A stretch of DNA of 64,000 nucleotides, from the NCBI GenBank assembly GCA_004764695.1, contig SMSO01000004.1:1054001-1118000 (forward strand), read 5' to 3'. Of the stretch, positions 55,025 to 64,000 are shown piece by piece; the stretch's first letter is position 1, and each line of letters starts with the position of its first letter. The position numbers and the translations under genes were made by a program. The notes beneath the pieces are model-generated. The model ran no database searches and was not told the DNA's origin. It saw only the letters and a program-made list of their open reading frames with translations. Source of the stretch: Schizochytrium sp. TIO01 (lineage: Eukaryota; Protista; Bigyra: Labyrinthulomycetes).

Positions 55025-58000
55025 TTAAGCCTTGGCAGAAACAGTACTTGCTTCTTGGAATATCAATCCCTCCTGAGCAAGACGTTCAAGTGCAGGCTTA
55101 TAAACAGTCTTTTTAGTTGGCACAAGCACACCAGTTGCTTGCTCCGCTAGAGGGTTGATGGGGTCTAACATGAGCTCAGCACCTATCGCTGCAGTCAAAC
55201 CTACAGTGCGAGCCATGGCTGTATCTGTCTTGTTGCCGTAAACAAGAAGCTTACTAGAGCGCTCACCATCATTAAAGCTGTGCTGCATAATTGTCATATC
55301 CCGTTCGCCAGGCTTTAAAGCCAGCTTGGCTTCGAGAAGCGAGCATAGACCGTCCATTGCAGGTTTCACGCCATGGAGAGCATCATCGTAGTTGTCAGCA
55401 AGAAGCCACTGCAAAGCCTCAGCTCCGAGAGATCCACTCGATGGAAACTTGTTGAGAATCTCTGCGAAGTTCACATCTTCACGCAAAAAGCCTGCATTCA
55501 CAAGCTCCAGCATCACTGAGGAAAACCCCTCGTAGCGTAAAGTACCACGAAAGCACGTCTGTGCCTCCGGAATCTTGTAGGTATCGGCGTAGATCATGGA
55601 ATCGCGATTTGGAAGCTGCTCTAAAGCCAAAGACGGTAGGTTATACATGCGAAAGGGTTCTGCTGCTGTAAGGAGGTCTTCGCCCCGAACCTGAATCATT
55701 TCGCCATTTTTCAAATACTTTGCAGGATTACGCATTGCCATCAAGACGCCTCGCGGGGACCAGGAAAACTTGTAGCCGAAGGGGTTATCTGCAGCCTCAG
55801 GGGCTGGTAGTCCACCACAGACAGATGTAAAACTCCGAACCTCGATGCCCTCCTCGTGCATTTCATCAATAACTTGCTGAGCGCTCATGTGGTCCATGCC
55901 CGGATCGAGGCCCATCTCACACAGGATAGGTACACCCTGATCCTTGGCGGCCTGGTTTAGTGCCCGCATTTCCGGACTTACATAACTCGCGGTAACAAGA
56001 GGTGTTTTCGAGGCAATGCAGTGCTTAGCGACTGTGACATGCATGGTTTGGGGAAGCAGAGAGATGACGGCATCACACTTAGCAATAAGAGACGCAAGGG
56101 CTTCGTCATTCTCCTGGGCATTCAACAGAATCGGTTCGAGGTTGGTCCGTCCAACGCGAGAGCAGAGGCGTTCTGCCTCACCAGGCATAGCAGAGACAAT
56201 AAATACATGGCGACTAGAGTCACGCGATAGGAGCTCAGCACAAGGCTTGGCTACCATCCCTGCGCCTAGGATGGCGACCTTAGTAAGCGAGGGGGCAACA
56301 AGCTTAGCGCGTTTGCCATCATCCAAAAATCCTGCACCCTCTTTACGGTTGCGACTGGGAGCAGAGGTTTTGCCGGAATATTCCGTCTTTTTGCCGCTCG
56401 AAGTGCTAGGGCTTGAAGCTTGTACAGTGGCCTTGAAATCACCCTTACAGAAAGACTGCGGAAGTTCATGAATTTGGGCACCTGCGTCGGCAAATTCTGC
56501 AGCAGCTACAAGCTCGTACATTTTGGTTAAAACCTGGTTGAGCTGCTCCCGGCCACCGTCCATAGTGAGTTGCAAGAGCAGCTGGCTGGGGCCTTTCTGA
56601 CCAACCTTGCACTCTACAATAGCAAAACGACCATGCGGGGCTTGGGCTTCCACAATATCTAGTAGGCGATTCACGATACCATAATCGAAGAGATCTCCTG
56701 TAATTTTAAGTACAGTAGAACCCTCAATCTGCAGAGACGAGGTGACATCCGAGATTGGTAATCCATTTAGCTCGCGGAGTCGTTCTTGCCGAAGTTGGGT
56801 AATATACTCAAAAGATGGCCGCAATTTGCCCTGATCCGTAATGCATGCGCTACGAAGTTCGGGTGCAAGTTGTTCAGTTGATTCACCTTTAGCAAGCTGT
56901 GTGACGAATGGCAGGAGATAGTCACCAAAGTGCTGACTTGCTTCACGAGGAAGTTCACTCGGTAAAATATCAACACCTAGAATGTCAATGTCCTTTTTCG
57001 GCCCGCAGTTGCGCAAGAAGGGCTCCTCCACAGAAGTTGAGCGACTGAGTAGCTCCACACCACCATTCACGTCGCAGGAGATATCTGCAATAAAGTGCAT
57101 GCGGCGATCGGATGAAGTTTCTACGTCCTTTTTCGTGATAATACGAGGAAATCTCGCGTCCCAATATAGCCCATTAACAAGGACATTGCAGTGGCGAGCA
57201 AGCTTTTCATAGAAAACAGAGCAGTACTTTTCAGGTTCTGTGTAGAAGTCTTGACGATCAAATACACCATCCACCCTGTTTTCGACCATGTCACGCAGGT
57301 CCACTTGGCAACCAATAATAGGAGGCAGATCCTTTGATTCTGAACTAAGAACAGACTCAAGGTCTTCAGGCTTAACCATACGGTGTGGCACAAGGTTGAA
57401 GACTTGGCGAGCGCCTTGGTTCACGTTTCCTTTGCCCGTGAACATAAAGACTAACGGGTCAAAACGGTCGGGCCATGACTGCTGCTCACGCTGCTTCACA
57501 AATGCTCTTCCGGCATCCTTAATGGCAGACTTAGCAGCATCATACGAAGGGTACATGTAGGCAGATCCAATAGAGAGGAACGGTGAACTTAGGCCGTGGT
57601 GCAAGAGCTGTTGTCCGAGGCCACGGAAAGTGTCAATCATTCCAGCCATGCCCGCATATTGACCAAAAGCGACGAGGCGCGGGGCATTGAGGTCGCCATT
57701 ACGAGTGATACATTCGTAATCAATGAGGCGGACACGCTTCTCCAACAGCTTGTCCAGGAGCTCCATGTTATCAAGCTGGCCTTTGATGGTGTGACTGAAA
57801 AACAAGTAGGTTTTCTCAGGAATCAAGTCGTCTTTGGGAACCTGCTTGACTCCAAAGATGGCACTGCATCCAGAAAGATCATCGCTTAAGGTTGCACCAG
57901 CCCGCAAGTACTCGCCATCTGGAAAAACACGTTTTCCACTGGGCTGGACTACGACATCCACCCCGTACTTCTTCACCAAATTCTGCACTTGAGTAGGCGT

Positions 58001-58081
58001 AAACGGAGACCTTCTTTCCCATGCACTATATGCCTCGCGAACGATACCAATGCATCCTCGCGACGTTGATTTCGCTGCCAT
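55025..58081 (-). CDS. AASS: Bifunctional lysine-ketoglutarate reductase / saccharopine dehydrogenase (alpha-aminoadipic semialdehyde synthase)
   Basis: LKR motifs WERRSPFTP, FFSHTIKGQ, RLIDYE, AFGQYAGMAG, ADISCDVNG and VDILPSELPREASQHFG. SDH motifs ILGAGMV, EMGLDPGMDHM, CGGLPAPE...YKFSWSPRG, RGTLRY and AMARTVGL. Confidence 0.97.
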   Translation of the reverse strand: MAAKSTSRGCIGIVREAYSAWERRSPFTPTQVQNLVKKYGVDVVVQPSGKRVFPDGEYLRAGATLSDDLSGCSAIFGVKQVPKDDLIPEKTYLFFSHTIKGQLDNMELLDKLLEKRVRLIDYECITRNGDLNAPRLVAFGQYAGMAGMIDTFRGLGQQLLHHGLSSPFLSIGSAYMYPSYDAAKSAIKDAGRAFVKQREQQSWPDRFDPLVFMFTGKGNVNQGARQVFNLVPHRMVKPEDLESVLSSESKDLPPIIGCQVDLRDMVENRVDGVFDRQDFYTEPEKYCSVFYEKLARHCNVLVNGLYWDARFPRIITKKDVETSSDRRMHFIADISCDVNGGVELLSRSTSVEEPFLRNCGPKKDIDILGVDILPSELPREASQHFGDYLLPFVTQLAKGESTEQLAPELRSACITDQGKLRPSFEYITQLRQERLRELNGLPISDVTSSLQIEGSTVLKITGDLFDYGIVNRLLDIVEAQAPHGRFAIVECKVGQKGPSQLLLQLTMDGGREQLNQVLTKMYELVAAAEFADAGAQIHELPQSFCKGDFKATVQASSPSTSSGKKTEYSGKTSAPSRNRKEGAGFLDDGKRAKLVAPSLTKVAILGAGMVAKPCAELLSRDSSRHVFIVSAMPGEAERLCSRVGRTNLEPILLNAQENDEALASLIAKCDAVISLLPQTMHVTVAKHCIASKTPLVTASYVSPEMRALNQAAKDQGVPILCEMGLDPGMDHMSAQQVIDEMHEEGIEVRSFTSVCGGLPAPEAADNPFGYKFSWSPRGVLMAMRNPAKYLKNGEMIQVRGEDLLTAAEPFRMYNLPSLALEQLPNRDSMIYADTYKIPEAQTCFRGTLRYEGFSSVMLELVNAGFLREDVNFAEILNKFPSSGSLGAEALQWLLADNYDDALHGVKPAMDGLCSLLEAKLALKPGERDMTIMQHSFNDGERSSKLLVYGNKTDTAMARTVGLTAAIGAELMLDPINPLAEQATGVLVPTKKTVYKPALERLAQEGLIFQEASTVSAKA

Positions 58082-58744
58082 TCTTCAGATGCGGCTTACA
58101 GGCCAGCACCCTGCTAATTAACTCCTACTAGTTTACTATAGCTCACCTTAGATGTGTCCCTACCCAAATCGGCAAGCTTGGGATGATAATCTTCAGAGCA
58201 CAACCCGTGGCGCCTCGGCGAGCACTATTATTGCTGAGCTCAGGGATAGACAGATGATATGCCTATGTGGCCGAGCCCACGTGAAGCTTCTTGTGGAGGT
58301 CCTCCCGCCTCCAGGCCGCGCGCAGCTTGGGCGGGCGGTAGATGGCGGTTCGAGGGACTTGCTGATCGTCCGATTTCCCTCGAGGTCGATCGGGTCTGCG
58401 AGGCCAACGTCTCCTCCTTGCACAGCTGCCTCAGTGGGGATGAGAGGGGGTGCTCCTCAGTGTGGACAGAGGGGGCTGTGGCAATCTGTGGGGAGTGAAT
58501 TTTAGATCTAGCCCAGTCTCAAGCAGATGCTGTGGGGCGGCTTGTTTCGTGCTAAGGAAGGACGTCTTAGAGGTTCGGAAAGTTCTCTCGTGTCCGTCAA
58601 AGGCCACGACACTTGTCATAGCAGGGCCCTCCACTGTCTCTCGTAGTGCCTAGTGAACTTCTTAGTGAAGCGTCTCCCGCGGCCAGGCTTTGAGGGGGGC
58701 CTCTTTAGAGTTTTCCCAAATCTTCTTCAGACGAGGAGACGGAT

Positions 58745-58810
58745 CTTTCTCTCTCTTTCACTCTCTTTCTTTCTCTTTCTTTCTCTTTCTTTCTCTTTCT
58801 GCTTCTCTTA
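58745..58810. repeat. Pyrimidine-rich (TTTCTC/TTTC)n microsatellite
   Basis: Directly visible. Confidence 0.85.
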
Positions 58811-61202
58811 AAAAAGTTGGAAGAGGAATGAAACGAAAGTTAACCTGACGTACCTTAGGTACCTCTATTTATTTTTTTTCACATAACAAATACTTTCTCT
58901 CTCTTCAAGCTTCATTCATTCGCTCATTCATTAATTCATTGACTTTAATAATAATAGAAACTTTTATTTTTATTTTTAAAAAAAATGATTATTTCTTTCT
59001 CTCTCTCTCTCTCCCTGTGTTTCAAAAACTGTGAAAAGTTGGGAAACCCAGCGGCGCAGTCGTTGAAGCGCCACGCTTCGCAATCACATCGCAATCACAT
59101 CGCAGTCCCGTTCGCACTCCTTCGAGCCGCCTCTGAGGGTCCAGAGGGTGTCTGACATGCTCTGCACCTCAAAGGGTCCCAAATTTCGTGTTTTCAAGTC
59201 ATAAGGCCGCATTGCTTTCTCTCTTACGACAACTAAACTTCTTTTAGACTTTTATGGAAATCAAAGACGCCAAGATCATGAAGGCAAAACTTTCTTGCAA
59301 ATTACATCAAATGCGATCGTACATCAGCATTTGACGCGGCTGTGCTGCAAAGCGGCCTTCGCCGACTTGAATATCGCCGTCCTTAAGCCGCCCTCAACAC
59401 GCGGCACCGGTGTCCACATAGCGGCAACTCATAAACACGACGGTTTGACTTCTTGCGCTCGAACAAAAAACAAAAAAAAAAAAAAAAACAAGCAGAACAA
59501 AAAACATCTTCTTTCAAGCGAGTCTAAAGAGAGACAAAAATCAAAACAAAACAATACACTGCACTACAATACAAAACAAAAACGTGTTTTGTTAATTCAT
59601 TATTTCATGATTTATTAAAACGAATAATTCATACGACATAATTTATAACTTTGAAAGATTTGTGAATATAGTAGGTACCCACATCACATCAAACTTTGAA
59701 ACAGCCCCAAAAATGCGATTTCAAATCGGAAATCGAGCAGATCAGAGGCGGCTTTCGGGCGGACTTTCGGGTTGCGCAAAGTTCTGCATTCCAAATGTCA
59801 ATTCATTTCCCGTCGCCAGATATCGACCTGCAAAGAACGCCCCGGAACTACAGCTATCCTATACTTCGCATCGCAGCTTCTGAGAAGTTCTGTTCTCATA
59901 CCTCGAACGCACAATTCATTCATTCATTCATTCATTCATTTGCATATTATTATCGTTAAAATCGAACGTTTTCAATTTCAAAAATAAAATAAGAAAATAC
60001 TAACCCAACAAATAAACTTTGAACTTGAGATGACAGGCAACAAAGTTTCTTCAGAACCCGCCATTCCAGCGGACCTCGACGCCCGAAGTTGATGCGCAAG
60101 CCTTCGACATGGCTCTCGGTATGCCGCATGGGACCACGTAAGCGCCGCGCCTTCGTTCCCGAGGCGGCGCGCGGAGCCCGCAACGCGGTGGGCGTCTCCT
60201 GCCGCGCTCGCGCCGTCTATCCTGGCGGATCTTGAGAATCGCTCGTGCATTCGTTTCTTTCTTTCTTCAAGTTCTTCGGCCGTTCCACTTCCGCCGTTCT
60301 GTTCTGTTCTGTTCTGTTCTGTCTCACCTGTTCTTCTGCGCCTCGAGTTCCGCCTTGCTTGCTTTCCATCAATCGAGTGAGTTAGGTACTCTCGCCAACA
60401 CGAAGACGAAGACGAAGAAGAAGATGATGATGATGGAGATGAAGAAGGGGCCCCAATATCGCAGCCAAGCAAGCCTCGAGGCGCGGCTGAGCCCGGTGCT
60501 CAGGCAGTTAGTTGGCAGGGTTTTGTGCCCTCCTGCCTGAAAAGCCTGAAAGCAGAGAGCAGACTTTCGGGTTGCCCTCCCGCTCAGAAAGAACGGAACA
60601 GAACATGAACGCGATCGCTCGCTCTACAAGAGAACAGCGAAACCTCGAGGTACGTAGCACGAAGGTCTTCAGACCTTGCGCAAAGCCAGGCCTGCTGCCA
60701 GAAACGGGAAACGGCCTGCGAAATGCGCCGCGGGAGCTTGGGCTGCCGTTTTTGTGGCCCTTGGGCGACTTGAGCTCACGAAACAGTCCGTCAGTCTGGA
60801 GCTCCACCTTGAATGAATGAATCAGTTCGAAGATCCCAAAGTAAGGCGCTGCCTCCTGTTCTTCAGAGGGCCGAGAGCGGTAGCAGTAGCGGTAGGAGTG
60901 TTAGCTCCTAACCTCCAGTAGGACCATTAGGAGATCGGGTAGGAAGATGGAGAGTGCACGTACGCACGGAGGTGGGTGGGAAGGTGTGCGCGTGCGTGTG
61001 GGCGGGTTGCGCAGACTTGGGTGCGTTGCGCAGACTTTGTGCTCTGTCATGAATGAAAGCCCGCTCCGGGCGCCAGCTGCGCTGCGTGCATGCGTGCGTG
61101 TATGCGTGCGTGATGACGGACTGCCTGGTCGTACGCCTGTCTCAACCAGCACGCATTTCAACAGCACTGGCAGGCCATGGAGGACGCTCAAGAGTCACAC
61201 GT

Positions 61203-61211
61203 ATCTATCTG

Positions 61212-61260
<49 letters not shown>

Positions 61261-61335
61261 TCATTCATTCATTCTTTCTTTCTTTTTTTCTTTCTTTCTT
61301 TCTTTTTTTCTATCTTTCTATCTTTCTATCTATCG
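61203..61335. repeat. Compound microsatellite (TCTA)n-(TTCA)n-(TTTC)n-(TCTA)n
   Basis: Directly visible. Confidence 0.92.
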
Positions 61336-64000
61336 ATCGATCTTATCTGTCACTTGGATTGCAATATTCTGCGGAAGACCTCGAAATGGCAGATACTTTC
61401 TCTGGCAGGACTGGCTCACTCGCAGTGGCTGAAGGTCAATCGAGGCTGGCTCAGCGTGGTGATCGAGGCCAGGTCCTGGCAGAGGCTCCCGCGAGGACTT
61501 GGAGACGGACGCGATGACCTGCAGGCCGAAATTTAGCGCCGGTGTGGCGAAACTTGAAGGTGCGTGCCTGCCCAGGTAGTTAGATAAATAGATAAATAAA
61601 TAGATAGATAGATAGAAGCGGGGATCAGGAAAGGTGGCCCGGAGATCCAACTCGCCGCAACCATTTTGGCAAATGGAGCGCCGCTTCTTGGACAGTGACT
61701 GATTCTAAAAAAGCGCCATGGCGGAGGACTCGGTCTAATGGATCGATCCCACTCACTCACAAAGCCATAGGCGGTCATGGCATGGGTGATGATGACAAAG
61801 TCTCGCGCGGCAACAGCAGTACGATCGTAGCAAGCAAGACCTGCCGTGAACGAGCGAGGAAAACACAACGTTTGTGGTGGAGAACGCAGTTTGAAACTGG
61901 CAGATCCGAGGACCGTCAAGGGGGTCACTTGCGATGCGCATACGAGCGCATTCAGAATCAACACCAGCAGCGAGTTCGAGCAACGTGCCTCTGTCTGCGT
62001 GTTTTCGGCAGTCGAGCCAGTCAGCCAGCGTCTCGCAAACGGCATCGGCACGGTGGTTGCGATGGCACCACTTTACGAGCCCCGCTGCCTTCGTAGTAGC
62101 TGGCTTCGTACCTACCTGCGCACGTGTGCATCTCTTTATTCCACGCCTGCAGTATGAGTGAGCAGGACCCAGGGAGCGCTTGCTTCCTCTTAAAACCTTT
62201 CCAAACTTGGGGTAGCGCCCGGAACGCATAGAAGTGACATCTGCCAAGAGTCTCCTGAGCGCGGCTCCTGGGTCCCTTGGGTTTTCATAGGAACAAGAAA
62301 AGTTCAACTTGAACCTGCTCAAGAACCAACGCCATGTGGAGAGAAGAGGGAGGGAGCTTGGATACAGCAGAATATTTAACCCGAGATTAAGCCAGGCCAA
62401 GGTGCGAAGGTCCCAGAGAGTGATCAACAGTTAGTTACCTCGTATGGACCTGAAAAGTGAGTGCGCAACGCAAGCAACTGCGATTTGCTTGTTGAAAGTT
62501 GGACTTTGTAAAAACACACCACTTCTGAGTCTGTGTTTGTGTGTGAATTGCGCAATCGATGGCCAGTCAGCCCGGCTCAGGTTTAAGAGCGAAGTGACAC
62601 TGAGCCGTAAACGAAGCACAATCGTACATTCCTTCTTTTCAGGCCTTACGAGGGTGCAAGCAGCGCATTGATTGCTACGTGCGGGTAGCAGCCTCAGCTG
62701 CGAGCGGCGTTTTCACGCTCTAACTAAAATGTGGTGCCATTCATTCAATGTAATCTACGAGCTTGATTGGCGTGTCAAAGCGCAGTTTTGGCTGTCCATA
62801 TTTTATTGAATTGTGGTGGCAAGTGCTGATGCGAGGCATCAAAACGCCAAGAGTTCCGATTCAAGTAAGGCCTGATCCCGTGGTATATTTATCGTCTGGT
62901 CGAGAACTTTCGACAGCGGCCGAAACCATTCGTTAAATCCATCCCTCAGGACCAGCAGAAGTTATGCCTACTCGAGAGTGGACATACCTGCAACTTCGCA
63001 AAGGGCTAACGGTCCCTCTACCTACAGCGGGTGGCGTTCACAAACTCTGGAAACAAACGCTTATGTCAGATTGCACGCGTCCTTGAAAGTTAATTCATTC
63101 CAATCGCCATCTCCTGCATTCTATTTTGAAACAAGCATGAACAAATATCTTGTTGGAACACTTCTTTTTATTGAACTTGGAGTTAGTTTCTTTTCGTCCT
63201 TCTTTCTTTGTTTAAACCTATGACATACAACTTAGTTGAGTACTTTGAAAAAACAAATTAAATTAAAATTCAAAACGAAAACCTTTCTTTGTAATTATTT
63301 ATTTTTAATCTTTTCATTTTAATCAAAATAAAATAAAATGAAATGAAATGAAATGAAATAGCTCTTATGGAGGCCCAGAATGAAGAAAAATCTAACCTGT
63401 TCGGAGTTTCCCGCAAAGACGTTGGCAAGAGCGCCGTGAAGCCGTTCGCCATCACGCCAAAAGAGCGCAAGCTATGAGCGGCATCGCTCCTTGCAGGCCT
63501 AAACTTCGCTGTGAACGAGCGTTCCTTGGCACCCGAAGTCCTCCGGCCTCTGCTCCTTTTTCAGGTGCGCTCCTTTTTCAGGAGAGATTCGCTCTGCAAC
63601 CCATTTCCTCATTCTCTCTGTCTCTCTGTAGGAGAAAGCTTGAACTGGGTTCTGCACCGGTTCTGCGTCCGGTATGCCAGCAAGAAGTTTCGTTCCTAGG
63701 AATCTACCTATGTATCCGTATGTGTGAGGAGACGGGTGCGCAATGTCGCGGGCACGATAATCAGGCAACAGTCGAGCTCAATTCTTGAAGATTGACCGAC
63801 TGCAATGAAGAACCAGGCTCCTCAGAGCTCTTCGTGCATCGTGAGCCTGCGCAGCTGCAAGGCCAAGAATGGCCCTTTTCCAGCTCTGTGTCAGCGAACC
63901 GTCGCTTATTTGCATCGCTGCGCGGTGGAAGTCAACGAGTTAGAAGGACTCTGAGTTCAAGATCCATGGTTAGCTAGAGGAGTGTCCTGTTCTTGTTCTT

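Noticed and set aside
1-58081. HAL and AASS as an amino-acid catabolism cluster
   Set aside because: They are ~54 kb apart with unrelated genes between them.
59956-63977. Many overlapping 60-224 aa ORFs
   Set aside because: No recognisable motifs, many have non-ATG starts or run through microsatellites, and such ORFs are expected by chance in GC-rich patches.
1-64000. tRNA, 5S/rRNA genes or intact transposons
   Set aside because: I found no tRNA box/cloverleaf, rRNA signature, transposase or reverse transcriptase motif by eye; tRNAscan-SE and cmscan would be needed to exclude them.

Overview
Eukaryotic nuclear DNA with intron-poor genes, AT-rich spacers and many microsatellites. The gene content and layout suggest a stramenopile protist, probably a thraustochytrid/labyrinthulomycete (inference only). 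Twelve credible protein genes: the 3' part of a histidine ammonia-lyase, a kinesin-4 with a SAP-like motif, a PrsW-family protease, a PP2C, a vacuolar sorting receptor, an SDT-repeat protein ending in a chlorovirus-type GPRGG basic adaptor motif, a calcineurin B-like protein, a two-exon beta-hydroxylase/sulfotransferase fusion, a histidine acid phosphatase, a large secreted VWA-PAN-(PT)n-LamG-like protein, a small phage-like papain-fold protein and a bifunctional LKR/SDH. A ~14 kb AT-rich tract without long ORFs lies at 33.2-47.6 kb. The main unexplained signal is at ~10172-10948, an intergenic segment that folds by eye into many nested long-range helices. Its G-U pairs indicate the + strand, and its layout (enclosing helix, hairpin, AACCTAA motif, possible pseudoknot, distal arm) matches telomerase RNA architecture. 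That identity is a hypothesis. All domain calls come from motif recognition, not database searches.
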